A stretch of 64,000 nucleotides of DNA. It comes from Eledone cirrhosa (lineage: Eukaryota). The position numbers were made by a program, and so were the translations under genes. The stretch's first letter is position 1; the number at the start of each line of letters is the position of its first letter. This document shows positions 50,421 through 60,613 of this stretch, one piece after another. The stretch spans positions 237,150,001 to 237,214,000 of the forward strand of contig OZ024743.1 of NCBI GenBank assembly GCA_964016885.1, given 5' to 3'. The notes beneath the pieces are model-generated. The model did not search any database, had not been told where the DNA came from, and saw only the letters and a list, made by a program, of their open reading frames with translations.

Positions 50421-50897
50421 TACATTTTGAAGTGCTCAACATTTCAGGAGCATTATTTATTTGTTTGCCTATATCTGACCGGTAGTAGTTGTTTAGATAC
50501 GGGTCTCGTAGAATAAAAAAAAAATTAAAAAATTAAAAAAAATGTCTTCGCGACAATCCTGGCCTGACTGTAATACCGACCTTTCCTCCTCTTTCTTTCT
50601 GTCTTTCTTCTTATAGCTGACATTAACCCTGGCTTCTCTTCTTCTTCCTTCCCCCTTCTTCTCTCTCCCTCCTTTCTTTCTTTCTTTTGTCTTGTGGCAT
50701 GAGATTAACGCTAACTTATGTTCCCGTCCCTTTCTGTTTTCCTTTATCTGACCGGTAGTAGCAGCACACTGTAAGCTTTGGCCACGTCACTCGAGGGCGA
50801 CCGGCTAAGGTAGAAGGTACAGGATAGCGATCGCCCTCGGGTCCTCGATTTTCAGCCCCATGGATTTTATCTATTACATTCACGTATTATATTTCGA

Positions 50898-50955
50898 ATA
50901 CCTGATGATATCACCGGATTCATACGGAACCCGGTCATTGAAATGATCATAGTAT
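50898..50955 (+). ncRNA. Type I hammerhead ribozyme (inverted copy)
   Basis: Reverse complement of 48111-48168. Confidence 0.7.
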
Positions 50956-51286
50956 AATAAACCTTTCAAGGATTTACACAAATCCAGCCTCCTGTCATTT
51001 CATTATTATATATATATATATATAAATAACAGATTAAAGTTTAAGCAAAGAATCGCTGCTTTGACCCTTAACGGGATCTTATATTAATAATATATATATA
51101 TATTATAAATGATATTACAGTGAAATACTTCACTACTTTCTTTGGTAAGATGAGATAAGTTCGATATACTTTACTGTCCTCTGGAGTAAAACCTGGATAG
51201 TTAAGATACCTTGTTACTAGGTTCAGCTAGCAGAGCATTTAGAATTCAAAATTGTAAGAATGCCAAGGATAAGAAATTATTTATTC

Positions 51287-51338
<52 letters not shown>

Positions 51339-51342
<4 letters not shown>

Positions 51343-51454
51343 TGTTTCTACTTTAGGCACAAGGCCAGCAAATACCCAGTGCATTACTGGTACTTTATTT
51401 TATCGACCCCGTAAGGATGAAAGGCAAAGTTAACCTCGGCGGGATTTGAACTCA

Positions 51455-51455
<1 letters not shown>
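51339..51455 (-). mobile_element. 3' half of SINE family A with long (ATT)n tail, fused to the tail of Tx1 copy A
   Basis: Starts at CTGAGTTCAAATCC on the minus strand; (AAT)n on both sides. Confidence 0.9.
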
Positions 51456-51516
<61 letters not shown>

Positions 51517-51750
51517 TTTTCTTTATTAACCACAAGGGTTCACATAAAGTAGACATTAAGGACAGTACAGGACAATACAGGACGGTACAAATGGGCATTT
51601 CTGCGTGTAAAAAAACAGAGGTTGAAATAAAATAAAGAAAAATTCCCCAATAGGGGGGAGACTTCCAAGGGACATTTGTGGAGAAAGCCCAGTAAAAAGC
51701 CACAATGACCCTGACCACCAAGGCAAGTGCCCTCTCCCAGTTTTCCACCT

Positions 51751-54528
51751 TTAGTTTACTCTGATTTTCCTTTTCAAATGAAATTTGAAAAAGTCAATCA
51801 GAGCATCACCGAAGAGGTAAGTGCTCGTCTTCAGCCCTTTCAAACGTGTCCACCATACTATCTCTTTCACCATGGCCACCAGGCAGATAAAAACTGCCTG
51901 CCCTTCCCGGCTAAAGGAGGAGGGCGGGGCAATCCTCACGATGGACTCAGATGATAGCCGGATCCTCAGCCACGGCATGCCCAGCCCTCCACGTAGCGGG
52001 TGTTGACAACAGATGGACCGCCTGACCATCGGAGCGCGTCCCTTCCACAAAAAGCGAAAGAGCAAACGCTCCAGCGCAGTCAGGCGAGGCTTAGGACAAG
52101 GTACGACGGTCAGACGGTAGCAGATGACGGACGCGATGTACGCGTTAGCCACCTCCGCTCGACCTTTCAGGGATAGCTTCCTCTCCGCCCATTTCTGGGT
52201 GAGAGAAGCCACCCTGCTCGTCACCTCGTCCCAGTTTTTGTCCGTCTGGAGGTCCGGACCGAACCAGACCCCTAGCAATTTAACCGGTCCGTCCGTCCAG
52301 CGTCCGACGACGCTGTTGGACGGCATGGACCTGCCTCTCCAGGTGCCGAGCTGCAGGCCCACTGACTTTTCCTGGTTGATCATTGCTCCTGTCACCGCTT
52401 CGTATTCTCTTAGTGTAGTGCCGATCGCCTCGATGTGTTTGGCGCTCGACACCACTACGGTGACATCGTCCGCATATGCTGACACTGATCTTCCGCATCC
52501 TAGTTCGCGCGGGACTCCCCTCAACGTCTCCAGTTTGTGCAGTAATGGCTCGAGAGTCAATACGTACAAGAGGGACGAGAGGGGACATCCTTGGCGGACC
52601 GAGCGCATGATGTTGAACGGTTCCGACAGGTGACCGTTCACTCTCACCACAGAGCAGATGTCGCTGTGCATGGCAGCGATCCAGCCTCTGAAGACGGGCC
52701 CAAAGCCAGCCGCCCTCAGGACTGCCGCTAGGTAACGATGGTCGACCCTATCGAAAGCTTTCGACTGATCTAAATTGATCAAGGACCCACCCGTGCCAGG
52801 TTCCCTAGCTACCCTCTCTACGATGTATCGCATGAGGTGGAGGTTGTCGTGGATGGATCTGTCGGGAATGGCGCATGTCTGCGCCTCTCCCACCAGACCA
52901 CCAACGACAAGCGCCAACCTCTTTGCTAGCACCTTGGCCAAAATCTTAAACTCTGTGTTTAGCAGAGTTATGGGCCGGAAATTGTCTATGTTATCCCCCT
53001 TGTTCGGATCCTTTCTCAGCAGTGCCACCGCTCCTCGGCTCACAGAACTGGGAATTCTCCCGTTCTGTTGCCAGTTGTAGTAGACGTCCGCCAAGAGGCC
53101 TCCGAACAAGTCTGGCATCTGTACGTAAAGTTCATAGGGCAGACCATCCAAACCAGGCGATTTACCCCTTGTGCAGCCAGTCATTGCCTCCCTTACTTCA
53201 GCGGCTGTTATCGGCTTTTCGCAACACTTCGCCTCAGTGGCCGAGAGCCGCGGCAGTCCGTCGAGGTAGACACTAAAGTCCATCCCTCTACCCGGCCCCC
53301 CGCTGCCCCCGAACAGCTGAGCGAAGTGTCGCTGAAAAGCTTCACACATTTGCCCGGGATCGAGTAGCATGCGCCCGTCGTGGTCCACCAAAGACCGGAT
53401 CGTGGCTTTGTTGCCACGACGCGCCTCCGCCACTCGGGCCCATTGAACGGCTTTCGTCCCCTCGTGTCTGAGAGCACGCACCCTAGCTCTGACAACGCAG
53501 CCTTCGTGCTTTGCATTGAAGAATTGGTCAAGGGCCAATTTCGCCGCAAGCACGTCGGTCGCAATGCCTTTGCTAAGCGCCTCGTCTAATTTTTTAACTA
53601 GTTCTCCCTCTGCTCTATTTTTCTCTATTGCTAAAGCCTTACTAAACCTAATCGATTCTATTCTAATCGCTCTTTTCAGAGCAAACCACCACTTGTTGTT
53701 GACGATGGCCCCCGTCAACGCCCGCTTAACTAGTTCGCTAATTCGGTCTCTGTAGGCCTTGCGCGCTGGTAAGGACGCGTTTAGCTTCCAGTAGCCGGGT
53801 CCTCGTCTATGAAGCCTATCTAAGTCAAGCACACAGGTCACGAATTTGTGGTCCGTGTAGCTGACTATCTTGAATTGTGGACAGCCTATGCTAGACCTAT
53901 CTATTTCCCTACAAAATACTCTATCTAGATATGATCTGGATGACCCTATGCGGTTTGTCCAAGTCCACATTGGCACATTCGGGAAATCCAATCGGTACCT
54001 GTCAGACAGTTCAAAACGCCTGAGCAGGTTGGTGAGGCTCTTGCACCCTCCACCCCTATCCGCTAATCCCACACAGTCCCAGCGTGCATCTAAGATCCCG
54101 TTCCAGTCGCCCACTAACACTAAAGAGCGGGACGTTCCAAGAAAGGTCTCCAGACGCCGGAAGAAATCAGGCCGCCCTGCTCCTGTCGGGGCATAGACGG
54201 CCACTAGCCTGAAAGCTTGCCCGTCTCCGCTGGTCACGTCCAGCACCACCAGCTTACCCTCTGGGTCCAGGAAGATGGCCCGTATGGCGAGATCCAAACC
54301 TCTCCGAAAAAGCACAGCAACTCCTCCACCCGATCCAGGACGGCTGGGAGATGCGTACACATCGTAGCCGCCGAAGATCGGTGCGAAGGCCCGTGCTTCG
54401 GAGATTCTGGTCTCGCTGATGGCCACTACATCTATGTTTAGTGACCTGAGGTCGTTGAGCAGGTGACCCTGCTTCCATGACGACCCCAAGCCACGCGCAT
54501 TTATGCTGCCTATTCTGAGTGAGGTCAT
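51751..54528 (-). CDS. ORF2: APE endonuclease + RT, C-terminal zinc finger deleted
   Basis: SINARGL, ISET, GDWN, SYLDRV, TDH; KSPGLDG, FRPITLLN, LDQSKAFDRV, RQGCPLS, AYADD. Confidence 0.93.
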   Translation of the reverse strand: MTSLRIGSINARGLGSSWKQGHLLNDLRSLNIDVVAISETRISEARAFAPIFGGYDVYASPSRPGSGGGVAVLFRRGLDLAIRAIFLDPEGKLVVLDVTSGDGQAFRLVAVYAPTGAGRPDFFRRLETFLGTSRSLVLVGDWNGILDARWDCVGLADRGGGCKSLTNLLRRFELSDRYRLDFPNVPMWTWTNRIGSSRSYLDRVFCREIDRSSIGCPQFKIVSYTDHKFVTCVLDLDRLHRRGPGYWKLNASLPARKAYRDRISELVKRALTGAIVNNKWWFALKRAIRIESIRFSKALAIEKNRAEGELVKKLDEALSKGIATDVLAAKLALDQFFNAKHEGCVVRARVRALRHEGTKAVQWARVAEARRGNKATIRSLVDHDGRMLLDPGQMCEAFQRHFAQLFGGSGGPGRGMDFSVYLDGLPRLSATEAKCCEKPITAAEVREAMTGCTRGKSPGLDGLPYELYVQMPDLFGGLLADVYYNWQQNGRIPSSVSRGAVALLRKDPNKGDNIDNFRPITLLNTEFKILAKVLAKRLALVVGGLVGEAQTCAIPDRSIHDNLHLMRYIVERVAREPGTGGSLINLDQSKAFDRVDHRYLAAVLRAAGFGPVFRGWIAAMHSDICSVVRVNGHLSEPFNIMRSVRQGCPLSSLLYVLTLEPLLHKLETLRGVPRELGCGRSVSAYADDVTVVVSSAKHIEAIGTTLREYEAVTGAMINQEKSVGLQLGTWRGRSMPSNSVVGRWTDGPVKLLGVWFGPDLQTDKNWDEVTSRVASLTQKWAERKLSLKGRAEVANAYIASVICYRLTVVPCPKPRLTALERLLFRFLWKGRAPMVRRSICCQHPLRGGLGMPWLRIRLSSESIVRIAPPSSFSREGQAVFICLVAMVKEIVWWTRLKGLKTSTYLFGDALIDFFKFHLKRKIRVN

Positions 54529-54563
54529 GTTTAAAATAGAGTGGAAAAGATGGGAAAGACCAC

Positions 54564-56642
54564 TTACCGTACTTTTGGTAGAGGAGGGATGGTTTTTACA
54601 TCCCTTTTCACTTGATCGTCTGGTGAAGGGACCGTTGAATCGTCCCTTCGGCTGGTCGTCGGCTCTTCTAAGAGAATGTCTGAGTATACTCTTCGATTGA
54701 TGGTTCCTCCTAGGTCCCTGAAATCACCAACTGCGTTGGGGAATTTCGTTTTAATGTTTGTGTATTGTTTCTGTGCTATTTTTAGCAGTCTTATGTTAGT
54801 TGGCGTTTTGATTGGTGCTGGTATTATGTAGTCCTGTTGTGAAATGTCTGTGTGTTCAATTATGTAAGTCATTAGTTTCTTGTTGTGTGTATTTATTGCC
54901 GTGCATTTGTTTTTCTGGGGGTGGGGTGTGGTTCTACTATTTTCTTGTCGTTGTTGCTGGGTGTGTGTGTTTTGTTGTTGTGTTTGCGATGTTGGTGCTT
55001 GTGGTGGTGGTGTTAAAGGTGTTGTTGGCGGTGGTGATGGTGGTGCTAGTGTGGGTGGTGATGGTGTTGGTGTTGTTGCTGCTGTGGGTCTCTTTGCAGT
55101 AGACTTTACCCTTTTCTCATTTCTTTCCTCCCTTTTCAAAGGCGACGATGCGCTGCTTCTGCGTTTGTGCCTTCTTACGACCTTTTGCCATCCCTCTCCC
55201 ACCTCACACTCCATGTCTGATTCTGTGAGGTCGGGGAGGGGTACCAGCTCCACTCTTTCACTTGTTGTTGGTGATGTTTGCACTGGAGTCTCTGTTGCAG
55301 CTGCATTTGGTATTGCTGTTGTTGTTGTTAATATTTCCACTGCTGCTGCTGTTTTTGATTTCCGTGGAGTGGGTATGGGTGCCACGGACCTATCGTTCCT
55401 GGTTGCCGCTTGTCCTGTTGCTGGTAGCCGTGGAGCCGGATTCGGAAGGAGGGGGGTTTTCTCCTTTCTCAGGGTCTTCTCGTTGCAGAAGGCCCTGAGG
55501 TGAGTCTTCGATCCACAGCGAAAGCATTTCGGGCGTTTGCCCTCAACACTTATGGACAGTTGAGTGCCGTTATCGAAGTCTATCACATCCGGGATAGCTT
55601 CGATGCACTCCTGGTTGGTTTGGATTAGCATCTCAATGGAGGAGCCGACCCAATCTTCTCTTACTTTTTTCTGTACTTGCAGTACAGTTGTTTTGTCCTC
55701 GATTCCGACGAGGACAGACGCGGCCAGCCAAGAAGGGGTCATTCCGGGGGGGACGTGGGTTAGTTTGACCCTCACAATTTTTTGCCCACAGTAGGAGGGC
55801 ACCAACACCATTTCCTCGCTCCTTAGGGTCACTACTGATTGGGCCTTTGCCTCCTGGGGTGTGGCAAAAAGTACGTCTACGGTGGCATATTTTTTGCCTC
55901 GGGTGATGTGCGTTTTCCGCTGCCACACAGACCCCAAGGCTTTTTGTATTTGGGCCTCTGTGGCTCTTTCCACCCTACGGGATTTTGTACTTACTGTACG
56001 GTACGTGGCCGTACAGTGCTCTTGGGTTTCGAAAAATTTTTCCGCTGCCTTGCAGATTGCTCGGTGTCCGTTCTTTGTAACCATCTTCTTCGCTTCCTCT
56101 AATTCCTCATTTGTTATGAGGATTGTTTCCAAGTTTTTCGCAATACCTGCAAATGAGATTGGTTTTTCTCTGCTGTTGTTGTTGTCGTCAGAGCTGCTGG
56201 TACTTTTGTTGTTGCTGCAGGTACTACGACTACTGCCTCCGCCGCTGTTGCTGTGGTTGTTGTTGGTGTTGCTGCTGCTAATGCTGTTGTTGTTTATGCT
56301 GCTGGTGATGCTGTTGCGGCTGCTACTGTTGTTTTCATTGTCACTGTTGCTGTTGTTATTACGGCTGCTACTGCTATTATTCCTGACGTCAGACGAATGA
56401 ACTGGGTTTTCGTATTTCCCGCACACCTGTTTCGTCGCTGTCGTCGTCGTCGTGGAGAAACTTTGCACGCTTTGCACGAGACTTTTCTTTTCTTTCGTCA
56501 CTTGCGAAAGAGAAGGGAGGGAGAGAGACACATTTAAAGAAGGGAGGGAGAGAGACAATCTTCTCTCTGCTGTAGTGATGATTGAGGAAGAAGAAGACGG
56601 AATGAGTGGGAGTGACGTATGAAATTTCTTTTTCGTAGCCAT
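54564..56642 (-). CDS. ORF1: nucleic-acid-binding protein with CCHC knuckle and low-complexity N/S and P/T tracts
   Basis: CFRCGSKTHLRAFC; lies upstream of ORF2; conserved in copy B. Confidence 0.9.
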   Translation of the reverse strand: MATKKKFHTSLPLIPSSSSSIITTAERRLSLSLPSLNVSLSLPSLSQVTKEKKSLVQSVQSFSTTTTTATKQVCGKYENPVHSSDVRNNSSSSRNNNSNSDNENNSSSRNSITSSINNNSISSSNTNNNHSNSGGGSSRSTCSNNKSTSSSDDNNNSREKPISFAGIAKNLETILITNEELEEAKKMVTKNGHRAICKAAEKFFETQEHCTATYRTVSTKSRRVERATEAQIQKALGSVWQRKTHITRGKKYATVDVLFATPQEAKAQSVVTLRSEEMVLVPSYCGQKIVRVKLTHVPPGMTPSWLAASVLVGIEDKTTVLQVQKKVREDWVGSSIEMLIQTNQECIEAIPDVIDFDNGTQLSISVEGKRPKCFRCGSKTHLRAFCNEKTLRKEKTPLLPNPAPRLPATGQAATRNDRSVAPIPTPRKSKTAAAVEILTTTTAIPNAAATETPVQTSPTTSERVELVPLPDLTESDMECEVGEGWQKVVRRHKRRSSASSPLKREERNEKRVKSTAKRPTAATTPTPSPPTLAPPSPPPTTPLTPPPQAPTSQTQQQNTHTQQQRQENSRTTPHPQKNKCTAINTHNKKLMTYIIEHTDISQQDYIIPAPIKTPTNIRLLKIAQKQYTNIKTKFPNAVGDFRDLGGTINRRVYSDILLEEPTTSRRDDSTVPSPDDQVKRDVKTIPPLPKVR

Positions 56643-56857
56643 GTTGTTTTTTTGTTTAAAATGAATATTGGGTACAAAACCCCAATAACTGGTTATTTAG
56701 CCCCGAAGGGCCAAATAACGGACAGAAAGACCCCTCTCACGAGGAGGAGGGTGTCTTTATCAACAATTTGGTTCAAGTTTTAAACAATTTACAATTGTTT
56801 TAACGGTTAAAAATTACTATACCTTACAGAGCCGAGCCTCCGTCAACCATGGCATTC

Positions 56858-56898
<41 letters not shown>

Positions 56899-57158
56899 TT
56901 TCTTTATTAACCACAAGGGTTTACATAAAGTAGACATTAAGGACAGTGCAGGACAATGCAGGACGGTACAAATGGGCATTTCTGCGTGTAAAAAAACAAA
57001 AACAGAGGATGTAACAAAAATAACAATGAAAATAACAATGAAAAATTCCCCAATAGGGGGGAGACTTCAGAGGGACATTTGTGGAGAAAGCCCAGTAAAA
57101 AGCCACAATGACCCTGACCACCAAGGCAAGTGCCCTCTCCCAGTTTTCCACCTTTAGT

Positions 57159-60100
57159 TTACAGATATATACTCAGAGTCGGCCCATTCACTCGGGCCAT
57201 TCTTGCTTCTCTCACCCATCTTTCAACAAAATGCTGGGAAGAGAGCACTTCCTTCTCTACTCTGATTTTCCTTTTCAAATGAAATTTGAAAAAGTCAATC
57301 AGAGCATCACCGAAGAGGTAAGTGCTCGTCTTCAGCCCTTTCAAACGTGTCCACCATACTATCTCTTTCGCCATGGCCACCAGACAGATAAAAACTGCCT
57401 GCCCTTCCCGGCTAAAGGAGGAGGGCGGGGCAATCCTCACGATAGACTCAGATGATAGCTGGATCCGTCCTAAACGCGACAGCAGGTGTTCGACATAAAC
57501 CCACAAGTCAGCAATTTTCGGACACTGGACGAGTGCGTGCAGGACGGTTTCGTCGCCCTGCGCGCATCTCGGACATGCCCGGCTGACGGCACCTCCATGC
57601 CTGTAGAGTTTATCCCGAACTGGCAAGGCTCCTCGGTAGCACTGCCAGGCCAGAGATTTCTGGAAGTTGTCCATAGGCCCTGGCCCGAAAGTTCTTCCGA
57701 AGAGATTGGCTAGTTGATTTTCGTCGACGCCTAGAGTTTCCCCAAGTACGTCGTCGCTCTTCCCCTCCACTAATCCTCTATAGAACGCCGAGGTGGAGTT
57801 TCCACCGATCACATTGCCCGATTGGTCGAGGGCTGTGAGCGCCTGAAGACATTCCAGTCTCCAGGCGCTCCCTCTCGGTCTTCGCTTGACCCAGGACTGC
57901 AGCTCCGTCAAGGAAACGAGCTGGGGAAAAACGCGTCTAGCAAACGGCGACCACACCTGATCACCGTCGAGGAAGAGGTGGAGATGTCGTAGCCTGAGCG
58001 CGTGCCTGCGCATCATCAGCCACGGCATGCCCAGCCCTCCACGTAGCGGGTGTTGACAACAGATGGACCGCCTGACCATCGGAGCACGTCCCTTCCACAA
58101 AAAGCGAAAGAGCAAACGCTCCAGCGCAGTCAGGCGAGGCTTAGGACAAGGTACGACGGTTAGGCGGTAGCAGATGACAGACGCGATGTACGCGTTAGCC
58201 ACCTCCGCTCGACCTTTCAGGGATAGCTTCCTCTCCGCCCATTTCTGGGTGAGAGAAGCCACCCTGCTCGTCACCTCGTCCCAGTTTTTGTCCGTCTGGA
58301 GGTCCGGACCGAACCAGACCCCTAGCAATTTAACCGGTCCGTCCGTCCAGCGCCCGACGACGCTGTTGGACGGCATGGACCTGCCTCTCCAGGTGCCGAG
58401 CTGCAGGCCCACTGACTTTTCCTGGTTGATCATTGCTCCTGTCACCGCTTCGTATTCTCTTAGTGTAGTGCCGATCGCCTCGATGTGTTTGGCGTTCGAC
58501 ACCACTACGGTGACATCGTCCGCATATGCTGACACGGATCTTCCGCATCCTAGTTCGCGCGGGACCCCCCTCAACGTCTCCAGTTTGTGCAGTAATGGCT
58601 CGAGAGTCAATACGTACAAGAGGGACGAGAGGGGACATCCTTGGCGGACCGAGCGCATGATGTTGAACGGTTCCGACAGGTGACCGTTCACTCTCACCAC
58701 AGAGCAGATGTCGCTGTGCATGGCAGCGATCCAGCCTCTGAAGACGGGCCCAAAGCCAGCCGCCCTCAGGACTGCCGCTAGGTAACGATGGTCGACCCTA
58801 TCGAAAGCTTTCGACTGATCTAAATTGATCAAGGACCCACCCGTGCCAGGTTCCCTAGCTACCCTCTCTACGATGTATCGCATGAGGTGGAGGTTGTCGT
58901 GGATGGATCTGTCGGGAATGGCGCATGTCTGCGCCTCTCCCACCAGACCACCAACGACAAGCGCCAACCTCTTTGCTAGCACCTTGGCCAAAATCTTAAA
59001 CTCTGTGTTTAGCAGAGTTATGGGCCGGAAATTGTCTATGTTATCCCCCTTGTTCGGATCCTTTCTCAGCAGTGCCACCGCTCCTCGGCTCACAGAACTG
59101 GGAATTCTCCCGTTCTGTTGCCAGTTGCAGTAGACGTCCGCCAAGAGGCCTCCGAACAAGTCTGGCATCTGTACGTAAAGTTCATAGGGCAGACCATCCA
59201 AACCAGGCGATTTACCCCTTGTGCAGCCAGTCATTGCCTCCCGTACTTCAGCGGCTGTTATCGGCTTTTCGCAACACCTCGCCTCAGTGGCCGAGAGCCG
59301 CGGCAGTCCGTCGAGGTAGACACTAAAGTCCATCCCTCTACCCGGCCCCCCGCTGCCCCCGAACAGCTGAGCGAAGTGTCGCTGAAAAGCTTCACACATT
59401 TGCCCGGGATCGAGTAGCATGCGCCCGTCGTGGTCCACCAAAGACCGGATCGTGGCTTTGTTGCCACGACGCGCCTCCGCCACTCGGGCCCATTGAACGG
59501 CTTTCGTCCCCTCGTGTCTGAGAGCACGCACCCTAGCTCTGACAACGCAGCCTTCGTGCTTTGCATTGAAGAATTGGTCAAGGGCCAATTTCGCCGCAAG
59601 CACGTCGGTCGCAATGCCTTTGCTAAGCGCCTCGTATAATTTTCTAACTAGTTCTCCCTCTGCTCTATTTTTCTCTATTGCTAAAGCCTTACTAAACCTA
59701 ATCGATTCTATTCTAATCGCTCTTTTCAGAGCAAACCACCACTTGTTGTTGACGATGGCCCCCGTCAACGCCCGCTTAACTAGTTCGCTAATCCGGTCTC
59801 TGTAGGCCTTGCGCGCTGGTAAGGACGCGTTTAGCTTCCAGTAGCCGGGTCCTCGTCTATGAAGCCTATCTAAGTCAATCACACAGGTCACGAATTTGTG
59901 GTCCGTGTAGCTGACTATCTTGAATTGTGGACAGCCTATGCTAGACCTATCTATTTCCCTACAAAATACTCTATCTAGATATGATCTGGATGACCCTATG
60001 CGGTTTGTCCAAGTCCACATTGGCACATTCGGGAAATCCAATCGGTACCTGTCAGACAGTTCAAAACGCCTGAGCAGGTTGGTGAGGCTCTTGCACCCTC

Positions 60101-60578
60101 CACCCCTATCCGCTAATCCCACACAGTCCCAGCGTGCATCTAAGATCCCGTTCCAGTCGCCCACTAACACTAAAGAGCGGGACGTTCCAAGAAAGGTCTC
60201 CAGACGCCGGAAGAAATCAGGCCGCCCTGCTCCTGTCGGGGCATAGACGGCCACTAGCCTGAAAGCTTGCCCGTCTCCGCTGGTCACGTCCAGCACCACC
60301 AGCTTACCCTCTGGGTCCAGGAAGATGGCCCGTATGGCGAGATCCAAACCTCTCCGAAAAAGCACAGCAACTCCTCCACCCGATCCAGGACGGCTGGGAG
60401 ATGCGTACACATCGTAGCCGCCGAAGATTGGTGCGAAGGCCCGTGCTTCGGAGATTCTGGTCTCGCTGATGGCCACTACATCTATGTTTAGTGACCTGAG
60501 GTCGTTGAGCAGGTGACCCTGCTTCCATGACGACCCCAAGCCACGCGCATTTATGCTGCCTATTCTGAGTGAGGTCAT
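57159..60578 (-). CDS. ORF2: APE endonuclease + RT + C-terminal CCHC zinc finger (1139 aa)
   Basis: As copy A plus GGLGMP and CPRCAQGDETVLHALVQC. Confidence 0.96.
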   Translation of the reverse strand: MTSLRIGSINARGLGSSWKQGHLLNDLRSLNIDVVAISETRISEARAFAPIFGGYDVYASPSRPGSGGGVAVLFRRGLDLAIRAIFLDPEGKLVVLDVTSGDGQAFRLVAVYAPTGAGRPDFFRRLETFLGTSRSLVLVGDWNGILDARWDCVGLADRGGGCKSLTNLLRRFELSDRYRLDFPNVPMWTWTNRIGSSRSYLDRVFCREIDRSSIGCPQFKIVSYTDHKFVTCVIDLDRLHRRGPGYWKLNASLPARKAYRDRISELVKRALTGAIVNNKWWFALKRAIRIESIRFSKALAIEKNRAEGELVRKLYEALSKGIATDVLAAKLALDQFFNAKHEGCVVRARVRALRHEGTKAVQWARVAEARRGNKATIRSLVDHDGRMLLDPGQMCEAFQRHFAQLFGGSGGPGRGMDFSVYLDGLPRLSATEARCCEKPITAAEVREAMTGCTRGKSPGLDGLPYELYVQMPDLFGGLLADVYCNWQQNGRIPSSVSRGAVALLRKDPNKGDNIDNFRPITLLNTEFKILAKVLAKRLALVVGGLVGEAQTCAIPDRSIHDNLHLMRYIVERVAREPGTGGSLINLDQSKAFDRVDHRYLAAVLRAAGFGPVFRGWIAAMHSDICSVVRVNGHLSEPFNIMRSVRQGCPLSSLLYVLTLEPLLHKLETLRGVPRELGCGRSVSAYADDVTVVVSNAKHIEAIGTTLREYEAVTGAMINQEKSVGLQLGTWRGRSMPSNSVVGRWTDGPVKLLGVWFGPDLQTDKNWDEVTSRVASLTQKWAERKLSLKGRAEVANAYIASVICYRLTVVPCPKPRLTALERLLFRFLWKGRAPMVRRSICCQHPLRGGLGMPWLMMRRHALRLRHLHLFLDGDQVWSPFARRVFPQLVSLTELQSWVKRRPRGSAWRLECLQALTALDQSGNVIGGNSTSAFYRGLVEGKSDDVLGETLGVDENQLANLFGRTFGPGPMDNFQKSLAWQCYRGALPVRDKLYRHGGAVSRACPRCAQGDETVLHALVQCPKIADLWVYVEHLLSRLGRIQLSSESIVRIAPPSSFSREGQAVFICLVAMAKEIVWWTRLKGLKTSTYLFGDALIDFFKFHLKRKIRVEKEVLSSQHFVERWVREARMARVNGPTLSIYL

Positions 60579-60613
60579 GTTTAAAATAGAGTCGAAAAGA
60601 TGGGAAAGACCAC

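Larger units (their letters stand above)
47917..51006 (-). mobile_element. Non-coding Penelope-type remnant with an inverted terminal copy (48060-48592 / 50461-51006) and hammerheads
   Basis: Long inverted repeat, internal ~260-bp tandem duplications, a hammerhead in each arm, both ends abut (TA)n. Confidence 0.7.
51456..56857 (-). mobile_element. Tx1/L1-clade LINE copy A (full-length ends, two internal deletions in ORF2)
   Basis: 5' UTR, ORF1, ORF2, 3' UTR with AATAAA and (ATT)n. Confidence 0.95.

Noticed and set aside
51751-51975. Spliced-out introns explaining the deletions in Tx1 copy A
   Set aside because: Deleted segments lack GT...AG boundaries; one has a TAC microhomology
56720-56760. 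HDV-like ribozyme in the Tx1 5' UTR (TCCTCGT loop-like motif)
   Set aside because: The flanks form a simple hairpin; no nested P1/P2 double pseudoknot could be built
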